Positions 42,818 to 57,375 of a DNA stretch of 64,000 nucleotides are shown one piece after another. This DNA comes from Eledone cirrhosa (lineage: Eukaryota), in assembly GCA_964016885.1 (NCBI GenBank), contig OZ024743.1, forward strand, positions 15,252,001-15,316,000, written 5' to 3'. Within the stretch, counting starts at the first letter, position 1. Each line of letters starts with the position of its first letter. Under the pieces are notes generated by a model that did not search any database, was not told the origin of the DNA, and was given only the letters and a program-made list of their open reading frames with translations. The translations under genes were made by a program, and so were the position numbers.

Positions 42818-43030
42818 ACGGTGGTGAATTAGCGGATCGAATAAAATAATTTGCGGCATCTTTTCGAGTTTTTACATCCAGAATCCAAATGCTACCGAAG
42901 ACATCTTTCATGCTTCAGTGATCGATAAAGTAACGTGCAAGTCAAAGACTGGGGGGGGGGGGGGGTATACTGTTCTTCCCCCTCTCACCAGATTGCTGGC
43001 ATCCTGTCAATATTAGTAAGAATTATTACT
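42818..43030 (+). mobile_element. Diverged copy of tRNA-type SINE
   Basis: Degenerate head, B box and tcgataaagtaa domain. Confidence 0.5.
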
Positions 43031-43227
43031 TTTACGCCTACTTAGATTACTATAACATTAATCTCACAATGTTCAGTTATTTATCAGTCTCGGATGCTTT
43101 TGATATTAAGCATACGCATACAACATAAATTGTAACCATTAAATGACCATTTGAGTAATTGACATGTTATTATACTGCAATACTCCCTAACCAATGATCC
43201 TCAAATATAAATCTGCCCCTTTTACAG

Positions 43228-43354
43228 ATACGACACCGTCCACCGCTCATAGTAGCTGGTCAGGCACCTGTGACATCCAGTCAACCCTACCAGACTGACT
43301 GGTCCCTAGTCCTCACACATAATATGTCCAATCCTATGTCTCCCAGATCTCACG
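43228..43354 (+). other. Candidate exon (coding status unknown)
   Basis: Acceptor ctgccccttttacag, donor ACG|gtaagc, GC-richer than flanks, open in one frame. Confidence 0.4.
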
Positions 43355-45689
43355 GTAAGCACGTTACTTTGAAATATTTCCTCAGAATGTTTGCACTCTG
43401 CAAGTATCTAGCCAATGTCAAATGTTATCCTGTTAGGGTGAATATTAGCTCTACTAACCTTGCCAATCGTACGGACAATAAAAAAACCATAGCCACAGAT
43501 ATTGCTTCTTGGACAAACCTTTACAAACAAAATAAGTAGACCTCTTCCCTATAAGCTAATGCAATAAATCATTGTTTATTACGCGAAAGAAAAAAGATTG
43601 CTAAGGAGAAATGGTAGAATGGCGAGTAAAATAATTTGCAATATTCAAGTATGCCTACTTTTCGTTTTTGGCTTGAAATTCCACCGTGAGCTAAAAAAAT
43701 TAAATACTCGTCAAATAACGAGGCTGATATTAAAAATTAAAAATAAGACAATTATTGTGTACAGTGCTCATGTGCACTACAACCTATAATTGGTTAACCT
43801 ACAACACAGTCAATCTGTTGTTTTTGGCTTGCATTATAAATCAATATTATCTTTAAGAAGAGAAGATATAAACTATAGTCAGAGTTGAGCACGTCCCTAT
43901 ACGAAATTACTTAGAGTATTTTAAGGTAATACCAATATAAGTTAACTTATATTTAATTTCTCCATTGATGATAAAATAACTACTTAAGCTATTTCATATA
44001 TAATTATTTCTGTATATGTAAACTAGTTTAGTCTTGATTTCAAGATTATGTTGAACTGAAACCTGAACAAATGAGAGCATAGGACCCAACTATGGAGTAT
44101 CGTAACGTTAATTATGCTGAATTATCCTGAGACTGGTTATAGCTAAACCACACGTCAATGTTCCGAAATGCCTATCAAATAACAATTCTGTGTGATGTTT
44201 ATTTAATCTGATATTCTTGATGTATAATTTGATCACTGTTTGTGGAATCACAGTCGACACCGTATTATATACATTGGAAAAGCTATATAGAGTGTATATA
44301 TCTGAATCTCAGATGATATAGGTCAACTATACTAAACATAAGCATAATATCTATTTCTTTGAAATTAAAATAAACAAGTACCACGTCGCACGATGTTATT
44401 AGTTTTGATCTGCCAATATCCAATATTTCTGAATAACCGTTGATTAATCTCTCGTCGTCTGCTACTACTGGTAATATGAGCATATACATTTCTTTAGTAT
44501 TATGAGTTAGAACGCAGTGAACTGCAGAATTCGTACTGTTATAACTTCTGTCAAAGGCACTCGTCAAATGTCCTGATATCGTAGATTACACCACCGAATT
44601 TATAGTCCGTCGTTAATCATTGCTATCACATTCCCTTTTGTAGTTCCCGCGCAATCTCTATAACTGTCACTAACAGGCACTCGAGGAGTGTTGTTCGTCG
44701 CAGATAATGGAGCGGACGCGTAGTAATGAATAGAATTGTTATGCACAAAACTAGACAAAATATTTAGCCGCTAGCAAAAATGAGATTATTATGATTTTAC
44801 GTTTTATCACTGTAGATTATCATGGAAAACAGTTACCAACGGCAGGCATATCCACTCTGTTCATTATAACTCCAGCTATATCAATTATATCTTACAAAAC
44901 TGCAAATAATCCCCGCAAAATTCCAACTATATTATACAAATTTCAATTATATCCTTAGAAAAATCAAGCACTATCATGCAAAACCTAATCCAAACAACGT
45001 GTTCGTCAAAACATGACAACATGCCATATTTATTTTAATAATAAAGGAAAAACAAACAAGTGTAAGGTAGGAAGAGAAATCCTTACTAAATCGATATCAG
45101 TTTACATGTAGTATTGAAAATGTAAAAACGGGATACAAATATTATTCCACAATTTTACGTAAAATGAAAATTGAAAATTTATCATAAATTTACAGTAGAA
45201 CTGGGGTTGACGGCTGAAGCATTAGAAGTTTCAGATTAAATGCTAGGAGAGGTAGACATGGTCACTCTCAACTCTTTCAAATTAACTCCATCATCCTGAA
45301 TGTTGGATATATTATATTTATATAAATTTATACCAGATGCCATCAAAATACTGGAGAATTATTATTGGAATAGCTTTGATCATACGTCTGCTCGATCAGC
45401 GCTGACTTATTAAACAAGAATAAGAAAAAGAACGAAACAAAAAGAAATCAATAAAAAAACTCATTACATAGTTTTAGGTTCTGATTTTAAATACCATCTG
45501 GTATGAACTTAGTAATTATCTATTAGCTAATCGATACATTTATATACTGCAGCAAATTTCATATATTATACTCCTTCCTTACATTGATGTTGTGCTTATA
45601 TAAAAACCGGTTTCCTTCTTAATGACATCCATACAGGTAAATACACAAAATAAATAAGTAAATAAATGCTGATGTTCTCTCTCTTTCAG

Positions 45690-45966
45690 TCAATGCCTCC
45701 GTCTCTCTCGCACTCCCCATATCTCACTGTCAGCCCCGCTGACGCGGCAGACAGAATAGTGAAGGCTGTTCTACGGGGGCAGGTGCGGGAGAGCGTTGGA
45801 AGAGCCCTTCAAGTTGGAAGAGCCCTTCAAGTTGGAAGAGCCATTCAAGTTGGAAGAGCCATTCAAGTTGGAAGAGCCATTCATGTTGGAAGAGCCATTC
45901 AAGTTGGAAGAGCCATTCAAGTTGGAAGAGCCATTCATGCGGATAGCCAACTCCGAACCGATGGTG
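45690..45966 (+). other. Candidate exon containing an 18-bp tandem repeat
   Basis: Acceptor ttctctctctttcag; possible donors CAG|gtgcgg (45782) or GTG|gtgagt (45966). Confidence 0.4.
45795..45938 (+). repeat. 18-bp minisatellite, 8 copies (gttggaagagccattcaa)
   Basis: Direct head-to-tail copies with no spacers. Confidence 0.97.
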
Positions 45967-46827
45967 GTGAGTAGAGAGGTAGTCCTAGGGCCAAGGACAC
46001 CAGAAGTCTCCGGTTATTTAACATATTAGGATTACTATTCTATTTTGAGTGAATAAGAAAATGAAATATTTTCCGTGATCTGTTATGTTATGTTCTAAAA
46101 GTAGTTTGTACACTTGTGGTTATCGGGTAATACATGACAAAATTATTTAGTACTCATATTCATTTATGTATACTATTATTGTTATTCCTAACATCCAGCA
46201 TATTTACTATACTGCTATTTTCATTCGGTTTGTTTACCCGAGTGATCATTTGCTTGGGTGGTTGTTCGGCTATCTAAGAAACCACTGAAGCTTCAAAGTT
46301 CAAATATATTTTTTAACCTCCAAAGAAAATATTTTTCTCTTTTTATTTTACTTACCTTTTCTAATTTCTCTCTGCTTTTTTTGCAAGTTGTTTCGATATA
46401 TGCTGGATGACTAATAGTTTACATGGAAGGTGTAATCAGCTACACCGAAAAGGTAATGTGATGTCAATACTAGTTATTTCATATAACCAATATTAGAAAC
46501 ATGAAACCACTAAAGAAAAAAAATATCCAAACATATATTTAGCAAATCTATTTTTCAGATATTGGTAGATGTAGTAGTTGGTAATGTACATTACACTCAA
46601 ACACGCATCATAGTTGCAGAATTCTTTCTCTTCATTCTATTTAAATTTGTTGATGTTTTCGTGAATATTCAATGGACTATATTTTATTCGCGACTACGTC
46701 GCTTTCTTCCTCATCGTGTGTGAGTCTTGATTTCTAATACGCGTTATCTGTGTGTATTTATTTCATTCTCCACGGGTCGCAGTAAAGTATTTTAACGATT
46801 AAGTGTTTATTTATTTTAGTTAAACTC

Positions 46828-47226
46828 AATAATTGTTTCTACTATAGGCACAAAGCCAGCAATTATTCCAGTGTATTACTGGTACTTTATTTTATCGGCC
46901 CCGTAAGGATGAAAGGCAAAGTTAACCTCGGCGGGATTTGAACTCAGCCCATAAAGGGCCGTAACTCTATGGTGCAAAAAATGGCGTCCGACCCTCTACC
47001 GATACTGCCAATCCACCGCCCTCAAGTTAAACTTAATAATTGTTTCTACTTTTGGCACACGGCCAGCAGTTACTCAGTTCATTACTGGTACTTTATTTTA
47101 TCGACTTGGTAAGGATGAAAGGCAAAATTAACCTCAACGGGATTTGAACTCTGACCGTAAAGGGACGTAACAATGCTGGAAAGCATGGCGTCCGACCATC
47201 TACCGATACTGCCAATTCACCGCCCT
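46828..47226 (-). mobile_element. Two tandem tRNA-type SINE copies
   Basis: 46828-47022 and 47036-47226, each with A and B boxes and the central domain. Confidence 0.88.
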
Positions 47227-47854
47227 TTTAAACTCAATAATAAAGTCTCATCAGTTAGATGTTCTTGACAACGGTTTTCATCCAGTATTATTTTCTGGAA
47301 GATATATTTCAAAGAATTTATTTTTCTTTGCCAAATTTCTCTCTCGTGTCTCTGTCTTAGCCATAGGCCATTTGAAGCAAGAACTGTTATGATTTAAATT
47401 CTAAACTTGATTGTAACTATTTATGAGTTATTTCTACTCTTTTGGATCTTTATAGCTTCTATATTTTCTGTCGAATCTGAAACTCACACATCTACATATT
47501 AGAATAGTTTTTTCGTCTTTATATCAATTATTTCTACCGGTTTCTTTCAGCCTATGACTTAGACCTTTTTAGTGTTTTTAGATATGTTCTGTATATACAC
47601 AACCAATCGCGTCACATTTGGAGGAATTACAAATATCATACGCACATACTTTTCTACCCACACTATCTTATTACAGGCACGTGATTATGGATGGAATAAT
47701 CAAATACCACTAACTAGTATATTTGACAGACTGTTAATCTTTCTCATTTAGCAAATATGCAGCACAAAGAAACCAACGAAATACTAAGACTCATACAAGT
47801 GAATCTGACAGTTGAATATCTAAGATTCTAGCTATGTCCCAAATGTTGTGTGAA

Positions 47855-47857
<3 letters not shown>

Positions 47858-47944
<87 letters not shown>

Positions 47945-47949
47945 ATATA

Positions 47950-48009
<60 letters not shown>

Positions 48010-48030
48010 TATATATATAAATAAATATAA
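47858..48030. repeat. (CT)n + (TA)n microsatellite
   Basis: Direct inspection. Confidence 0.97.
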
Positions 48031-48065
48031 TTATTATTATGTAATAAACAACATAAGGCAATTAT

Positions 48066-48123
48066 TCCATTTACCAGTGGTTTCTTAAAAGCAAAAGGTT
48101 TTGCTTTCAATCCTCAGAATGAA
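48066..48123 (-). ncRNA. Type I hammerhead
   Basis: Mirror copy of 48230-48287. Confidence 0.85.
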
Positions 48124-48229
48124 AAAATCCTGGTTTGTTTATTGAATTTGGATCTTAAAAAAAAAACTTTTTTTTTAAGATCCAAAACTTTTATTTAAGA
48201 TCCAAATTCAATAAACAAACCAAGATTTT

Positions 48230-48287
48230 TTCGTTCTGAGGATTGAAAGCAAAACCTTTTGCTTTTAAGAAACCACTGGTAAATGGA
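48230..48287 (+). ncRNA. Type I hammerhead
   Basis: ttcgtt CTGAGGA TTGAAAGCAAAA cc TTTTGCTTTTAA GAAACC act GGTA aatgga. Confidence 0.85.
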
Positions 48288-48411
48288 ATAATTGCCTTAT
48301 GTTGTTTATTACATAATAATAATTAAGCTCTGTTGCTTACATAGAGCACTCTTTTTTCCTGGACTTTTCCGACGGAATTACTTCATTCACACATATATAT
48401 AAATATATATA

Positions 48412-48497
<86 letters not shown>

Positions 48498-48511
48498 TAT
48501 ATAGATATATT

Positions 48512-48555
<44 letters not shown>

Positions 48556-48585
48556 TATATAGATATATAGATATATAGATATATT

Positions 48586-48663
<78 letters not shown>

Positions 48664-48680
48664 TATATATATCTATCTAT

Positions 48681-51600
48681 CTAAGCCGGGTAAAATTCCC
48701 GAGATCCATGGACGAGTTCTCTCCAGCGGTCTCTGTCCCTCATTATCACTGCCATATCCTGCATCTCCAACAGACCAGTGTCTGTCCTTAGGGCATCAAC
48801 ATATGTTAACCTTGGTCTTCCTCTTCTAGTGTGTCCATGTAGGGGCTCCCAAAGGAGCACTGAGTGCAATGTCAACTCTGGATGTCGGTGAGCATGTCCA
48901 GCCAACCTCAGTCTCCTCTGTGTCACTTTTGAGCTGACTTTTGGGATGCTCCCATACAGCTCTGAGATTTTCATCCTCAGTGTATACTGATTAATGTTCA
49001 GAGCCATCCTCAGCATTCTCGTGTAGCACCCATCCACCATCTGAGTGAGTTTCTAGGTCAGTGTCCAAGTCTCAGACCCATACAGCAGCACAGACTCCAC
49101 TACAGCAATGAAGAGGCGGATTTTCATGTCTCCACGAAGGTCCGACTTCCACACCGATCTCAAGCTGTGGCACGCCGCCCAGGCCTTGCTCTTCCTCTCA
49201 ACCACATCATCCTCCGTATTCCCAATCTTTGCTCCCAAATACAGGAAGTCCTCAACCAATTCCAGCGGCTTCCCGCCTACATTAGTGATCCCCTCTGGCT
49301 TCTCAACATTCTCTACCAGATATTTTGTTTTAGTCTCATTCATTCTCAGCCCCACACTCATCGACACAGTCTCAACCTCCCGCATCAAATCCTCTGCCTC
49401 CTTCACTGTATTTGTCACCAAAACTATGTCGTCGGCAAATTCAGCATCCGATACCTTTTTCGCCCCAACTCTCCTGCTCTGAGCCGGTGCTACAGTAAAG
49501 CCAGAGTCCTGGTGTTTCTCCAGTGCAAGGCGCATACAATATTCCACTACGATGACAAAAAGGTAGGGAGCCAATGTATCTCCCTGGAGCACTCCAGCCA
49601 GTATCTCAAAGAACTCTGTCATCCCATCAGGTGTAATGACTTGGGCTTTGGTGTTAGTGTAGAGCAGTGATATCAGGTCCACTATCCTCTTGGGGATTCC
49701 ATAAGCCTGTAAGATCTTCATCAGGCAGTAACGGTCCACAGAATCAAAGGCCTTCCTAAAGTCAATGAAAACCATGACCGCAGGAAGGCACTTTGCTCTA
49801 GCTCCCTCTAATATCCTCCTCAGCATCAGGATGTGACTGGTGGTTGATCTACCCTCTCTGAAGCCGTTCTGGTTGTCCCTGAGCTTCTTCTCCATCTCAG
49901 GCTGGATCCTGTTAAGAATCATCCTGTTGAGGGTCTTTGCCACAAGTGACGTCAGTGAGATCCCCCGGTAGTTGTTGGTGTTAGAGAGATCTCCCTTCTT
50001 TGGCACTGGGACGATGTTACTGATCCTCCAATGATTCGGGGCAACTCCTTTCTCCAGTGCCCCGTTACAGAACCCCAGGATGATATCATCAAAATCACAC
50101 CTCTTCATCACCTCTGATGCCACTCCATCTTCTCCATGAGCCTTGCCCTCCTTGATCTTCTTCTTGGCTCTCTGAAGCTCCTCTCTGGTGAAGGGCTCTG
50201 TCTCAACATCCAGTTCCTCAAACAGCCGCCTGATCTCCCCAGTGCTCTGGGCTGTGGAGGGTGGCTCTCCTAGTAGGGTTCTAAAATGGTCTAGCCATTT
50301 CCTCTTCCTATCCTCGGGCCCCGTTCCCTGGATCTGACTCGAACACCTTTTCTTCCTCCCTGTGATCTCGTTGATGATCATCCAGCTCTCCTTACATCCA
50401 GATCTGTCAACCGCTCTCTCCACACTTCTGATCTTCTCTATCAGTGCCTCCTCTCTGACCTCAGTGTAAGCGCTACAGAGCTCTTCCCTCATCACCTCCA
50501 CAGTCTCCATCCTCTCCTCCGTAGGATCAGCATAGAATTGGTCCCTGACAGCTTTCAGGTGTTCTCTGGCTGCACACACTTTTGGGTTTGCAGAGCTGGC
50601 GTGCTTCCCTTTGTTCTTTTTCCTCGGCACCAGAGTTTCACTTGCTTTCGCCACTGCATTGGTGAAGTGCCCGTACCTCCTCGTCACACTCTCCTCAGTC
50701 CATCCAATCTCTCTCTCCTCTGACTCTCCACACAGAGCACTAAACCTGTTTCTCACTTCCACTGTGAACCTCTCCTGTAGCTTATCATCTTCCTTGAAAG
50801 CTCCCCAGTCATAGATTGTTCTCCGGGGCTGAGCCTTGCTCTTTCTTAAGCTCACGCGGACCTCACTCATAACAAGCCGGTGGTCACTACCCAGTGTACT
50901 GAAATAGCTGTATGGTTCTGTGTTCAGAACACTATTCCGCCACTTTTTCCTCACCAGAATGAAATCAATCTGGGACTTGGAGAGGTGCATATCTGAGATG
51001 TAGGTCCACATCTTCCCCAGATTCTTCCTAAACCTTAGGTTGGTCGCCATCAAGTTCGCCTCCAGCAGGGTGTCTCTCAGTAGTCTTCCATTTCTGTTGG
51101 TGTTGTTATGGAAGTACCAGCAAGGATCTTCACTGCCCTCCTTACTCAGATGTACATTGAAGTCCCCCAAAACAAGCAGGATATTGTGTGCCTGAGTGGT
51201 GTTGACAGCTCTACACACCTCCTCATGGAACTCCTCCGCATTCACATCACTGTCCCCCTCGGTTGGACTAGAGGCTGAGATGACTGTCAGTCTTGGGTTT
51301 CCATTGAAGGTCACCCTCAACACTCGCGAGGAGATAGGCATTATTTCCCTCACCAACAGATTGGTTTTTGCACTGAACACAAAACCCACTCCTCCCACTG
51401 CAGCATTTGTTGTGTTCTTCACTGCCGATGTAGTGATGAGCTGGCTCTTCCTCCCGATCATCACACTCCTCACGGGCTCATCGTGTAGAATCCTGTGTTC
51501 TTGGATCGCAAGTATCTGTATACCACTCTCCTCGAACAGATTCCCAACTCCTCTCTCTTCTCCAGCGTTCGAATAGTCCTCATATTCAAAGTGCCCATTT

Positions 51601-51814
51601 TGATGGCTCTTCTGCAGGACAAAACTGCATTCTTTATATTTGTCTCAGAGACAGCTGATCCATCATCCACTGGCCCTCTCTGTGGCTCTAAGCCAGCAGA
51701 GTCATAACGACCAGGCTGCTCCTTGACAGTGTAATTAGGGGCTCTAACCCTAGTGCTGTTAGATCGACTCTCCATATTTCTTTTCAATGGCTGACAATAC
51801 CTTACCGGCGCCAC
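48681..51814 (-). pseudogene. RTE ORF with frameshift (about 51540) and premature stop (49053-49055)
   Basis: GTLNMRT, LGDFN, IDFIL, SDH, NYRGISL, QNGFR, FIDFRKAFDSV, GVLQGD, FADD, LLYGSETW, RRGRP. Confidence 0.93.
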
Positions 51815-51989
51815 TCGAATAAGGTAGTTATTTAACCCATAAATGGAGCCCTAACAGGTACTACCACCCCAGGCCAGGGCAGACCTGGGAGTCATGACAA
51901 CTAAGGGGTAACTCCACATTCCCCACATCTCCTGAACTCCCGAAATGGAGCCTTACCACTGGATGTAGTTTAATGTCATACCCATCACA

Positions 51990-51990
<1 letters not shown>
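48681..51990 (-). mobile_element. Near full-length RTE-clade LINE (second family), inserted in (TA)n
   Basis: Single APE+RT ORF with short 5' UTR, TA arrays on both sides. Confidence 0.92.
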
Positions 51991-52680
<690 letters not shown>

Positions 52681-55534
52681 TCGCTCTGTGTGCATGTGTC
52701 TGTGTGTGTATGTTAAATGTGATGTATGAAATAGCCGATTCTTATGTTCAATATTCCACCGCTTATAGTGTCCAGTTACCAGCAGAAGCATAGCCAACAC
52801 ATCAACATAGCTAAACGATTATAGTACAAAATCAATTTCAGTTTTGTGCTAAGGATGTGGTAAATCATTGTACATTTTGATGCATTCAGTGTAAATATTC
52901 TGTCAAAGAAATCAAATCAACTAGATTCGTTGTACTATGTGACTGCCACGACGAAATTTCGTTAATTAATTGGACATTTTACAGACAAAGCAGGGTTAAT
53001 GCCAAGAAATGAATTCTTTCCACAATTCAAAAGAAGCTAAATAGATTAAAAAGTTCCTTCTGCTACATTGGATGATTCCTTCCGTCTAAGAATTTTGGTT
53101 CAATAACCTGATTTCTATTTACGAAAGTAAAAATGTGTCAATATCTGCGTAGTCTTCGAATATATATTTCAACGTACGGGTTTTCTGTTTCTCATTATAA
53201 GATAGAATGTTTCCTTTATGGAAAATGTTCACTATAGTCTCTCAAGTAATTTGTGTTGAATTGTAATGCATGTGATTAGATCTATCAAACGTGTGTCCGA
53301 GGATATTTAGAATAAGTACACAACTTTGTAAAGTAGGTCCATTTACAAACAGCACTCAACTACTAGGTACGGTTTAGTAATGGAACAGCCAGTAGTTTCA
53401 TACGAAGGTAATCTAAATAGTAGATGTTTAAAACGTAGAATCAGTTGTTATTTGTTTTTTAACCAAAAGAAACGTCAATCGCACTACACCACCCGCATCC
53501 GAAGATAACATCTCTCAAAGGGATTGGGTGTACCAGTCATGCACAACTGAGAGATGCGCCCATCAGAAGCTTGTCAGCATAGCTCGACAGAGAAGTCTGC
53601 AGAAAGTATACTAAGTGAGTGACCGTATATCCACCCGCCTGAGTGTTTGAACTCCACGTACTTTGCTCCCACTACCATGCGCTGGTTGCAGCGTTTGTTG
53701 GATATATCTTGATTGATACTTCATAGAAAAGAAGACAAAAATAGTGCAATGTGTATTTGACTTCGTTTGTTCAGGTCGGGGAGACACAATATTAAATAAC
53801 TTGTCAGTACTATATTGGAGTTGATTGTATTGGCTATATTCCTTCTATTTCAGCTTTACTTTGTACATTTTTTGTAACCTTTTCAATATAACTTTGGGAT
53901 TACATCTAGAAAAAGATATCAATATAAAGGCTAAATGATGTGTGTATTGGCTCAACCCAATTATTATTGTGGATATTTACAGTAATAATTCCATGTCTAC
54001 ATGATAGCCTCTACGTTATCGGCCATTCCTTTTCTTATTACAGCTAAATTTCACTTAAATACCACCATCGGGATTCAGAAAAAACTATTTGCTCATATTC
54101 TACTAGATGGATTATGCCTTAATATGTGACGTGAAAAACATAGCAGGCATACATTTGATTGTAGGCTTGATTAATAAGTATTTACCTGGGGATACACACC
54201 AACAACAGCAAAGACAACCATGCGATCACAATCACTACTGCTGCATTAAAAACTAATTCTTTTCTTATGCAGCCATGATTAAGTGGTTAAGAATTTGGCT
54301 TATCAATATATTTTCCCTGCTCCATCACATTTCAGACAAGGCTCTACTTCCATAACCGTCGAGTTGATGTGTAACTTAAGAGAGAAGGTGGGTAGACGTA
54401 AAATGATTTTGAAATTGTTAATCATAACGAAATTACAAACACTTATTTACCATATTCATCATAGGAAATATAGTCAGTGAAGTATCCGAATGCTGGAAGC
54501 CTATAAGCAAGGGTAATAATGTTCCCCAATAGCAGTATAAAATATGGACATAAATAAGTATTACAAAACTATTTTGAAGGGAGTTGTACTTCAGATTGTT
54601 ACTAGTCTCTTGGAACTGAGACCGGTTTTAATTTGTAACTCCATCTCCTGAAAATCACAATTGTGTTCCCGCTCTAAGAATATGTATTTTATCTGAAATA
54701 ACGTTTTGATGGGCACGACTGTTTCCTATTTGGTCATAGTTCTGTTGTTTTCGGTGTTGACCTGATGTGAGTCAATAAACTCAACGATCACAAAGGGTCA
54801 ACGGTAAAATATGTGTGTGGTTACAGTTCCTGCCAAATCTCTTTCAGGAATGACATACTGGATGTGGCTTTTTGTTCCCTGAACATAGGGGCTAAAATAC
54901 CAAAATAGATACCAATTGAAAAACTTGTATAAACAATAAATAAAATCCTATCTGTTTACGCAATTTGGTGAAATAGCAGCAAAACACCCTCAGATGTAAC
55001 CTGACATATTTTTCATACAATAACTGAAACCAACAGTGTAAATAGTCTAAGATATACACAAAATATTGACTAGCTATGACAAGAAAAGCTTTCGTCGTAT
55101 GCCGGACATTGGCCTAAATAACATCTGCAACGACACCAAATCGAAAACATTGGACAAGGCAGTTTAACGAGTGAAAATCGGTTGCTTATCGTGTCGACCA
55201 ATCCGACAACATTAAAATACATTACACATAAGAGGTCTATTTAGTGGATTAGAATATTCAGCACTTAGTGACAGCCAAAATATACCAAAATCAATGTAAA
55301 TTATGTTGCCTTACCTTTATTGACGTGATGTTTTCGGAGAAGATAAGTAATAATAGAAACTAGTTTGATTTGGCGGCAGTTCATTCAATATTACTAACAA
55401 AAATAAGACATTGAGTGGGAATGTCTAACGTATTTATATTAACACTCACTTCTCACACACGCAACGACATACATACATTGTATATATGAATGTATGTATG
55501 TATTTATGTATGTATGTGTGTATGTATATACACG

Positions 55535-55604
<70 letters not shown>

Positions 55605-55817
55605 TGTGTGCGCGTGTGTATGTATGTATATATTATTTAATGACAACACGAAGTTCTAATTGATATCTAACTGCTTATGGTAGGGCCGGTAACCTTGTTA
55701 GAACTTCGTGTAGTCCTGATGTAATTTCCAACGAAATCAAGTGATGAGATGTATTGTTTGTTAGTAGACTTTCATCATATCAACTTCCGTTGTGCACTCT
55801 GAACGGGCTACACAATC

Positions 55818-55861
<44 letters not shown>

Positions 55862-56166
55862 GTATGTGTGTGTGTGTATGTATGTATGAAAAAAAAAGCC
55901 AAGATTACTGCTTAATTAATTCATTGTTTTACGATCGTTTCACAAAGTAGATTGATCGGGATAAATCGATATAATGATATAAATCCTAATATCGAGTTTA
56001 ATAAAATAGGATTGTATAGCTGCTAACAAGTACTCACAATATCCATTTATTCTGATCAATCAACCTCCGGAATTGATCGTAAAACAATGAACTTCTTCAG
56101 CGCTAATCCTCACCAACTGTGTCATTTTTCAAAACCCTCTGACATGCACAAATACACACACACACA

Positions 56167-56253
<87 letters not shown>

Positions 56254-56433
56254 CATGTAGATATATATATATAAATAAATATACACGGGTGTGTATGATT
56301 GTGTATAGAAGATTATATTAATAAAAGGAATTGCAACTTTGTCTGAATTTCTCGTTTTATTTACAATCCTTTAAAATGTATAATGGTATTAGAATTAAAT
56401 AGTATGGTAGAATATTAAATGCTAAGTGTTAAT

Positions 56434-56472
56434 TGAACAAGTACGTTCATGCTTTCGCAATCTTCAGGTTCA
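56434..56472 (-). ncRNA. Degenerate minimal hammerhead (A15.1 to C)
   Basis: Reverse complement: tgaac CTGAAGA tTGC gaaa GCAt GAAc gta CTT gttca. Confidence 0.6.
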
Positions 56473-56547
56473 TATTCTGTGGTGACAGTCAAGTTTGCAA
56501 TGTTCAGCTGTCATATATATATGCATATATATATATATATATATATA

Positions 56548-57185
56548 TACGATATTAAATAAATGGAAACTATATTTATAAAACCATATTTATTTCATTA
56601 TATATATTTCAGGGATATCATATTAACAATATGTTATGCCTTCCTCAGACAAAATACAATATAGACAGTTTTATAGATAAATAGATTTGACATACCGTTC
56701 AACATCGACTTGTATTTGAAAAAGTTGATTTGGCAGTGAAAAATTGTAAACAGAAAGAAAGAAAGAGAGAAAGAAGGAAAGAAAGAAAGAAAACGAAGAA
56801 AAGAAGAAAAAGAAGAAATGCATGCAACAAAATATTTTGTTGCATGCATTTCTTCTTTTTCTTCTTTTTCTTCTTTTCTTCGTTTTCTTTCTTTCATTCC
56901 TTCTTTCTCTCTTTCTTTCTTTCTGTTTACAATTTTTCACTGGCAAATCAACTTTTTCAAATACAAGTCGATGTTGAACGGTATGTCAAATCTATTTATC
57001 TATAAAACTGTCTATATTGTATTTTGTCTGAGGAAGGCATAACATATTGTTAATATGATGGTTTTATAAATATAGTTTCCATTTATTTAATATCGTAAAT
57101 ATACTCCAAATACTTGTTGAGTGCTTTTATATCAGTTATAAATATTTACTAGTTGTAACCCAACAATTTAAATATAACTTTCCAT
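56548..57185. mobile_element. Palindromic HHR mini-element (centre about 56833), family of 32785-33250
   Basis: Arms of about 280 bp inverted about aaaatatttt; right arm has a deletion removing the GAAA half and extends further. Confidence 0.85.
56592..56655 (-). ncRNA. Type I hammerhead
   Basis: Reverse complement: attttgt CTGAGGA AGG...CCT GAAA tatat ATA atgaaat. Confidence 0.75.
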
Positions 57186-57206
57186 ATATATATATATATA
57201 TATATA

Positions 57207-57311
57207 GGAACCAGTAAGACCTTACTGGTTCCTATTACCCACTCTACTACCTCAAGTATTGAGTACTTTGGTGCGTTATGGTCCACCTGGTTCCTTACCA
57301 CATTTCCTTCG

Positions 57312-57312
<1 letters not shown>
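57207..57312 (+). mobile_element. Short hairpin-headed fragment, family of 58078-58273
   Basis: ggaaccagtaag ac cttactggttcc hairpin, then sequence inverted to 58078-58165. Confidence 0.7.

Positions 57313-57369
<57 letters not shown>

Positions 57370-57375
<6 letters not shown>

Larger units (their letters stand above)
48029..48392. mobile_element. Palindromic HHR mini-element (centre about 48170)
   Basis: 48029-48158 is inverted to 48195-48324; small duplicated junction; right arm extends about 70 bp. Confidence 0.85.

Noticed and set aside
45795-45938. CRISPR-like regular repeat
   Set aside because: No spacers, eukaryotic context, no cas genes; plain minisatellite
55640-55815. Possible C/D snoRNA or hammerhead (gtgtagtcc/gggctacac stem, CTGATGT...CTGA, upstream 18-bp inverted repeat)
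   Set aside because: Box C and HHR core both mismatch at a key A and no intact GAAA/stem III is present; cannot be assigned
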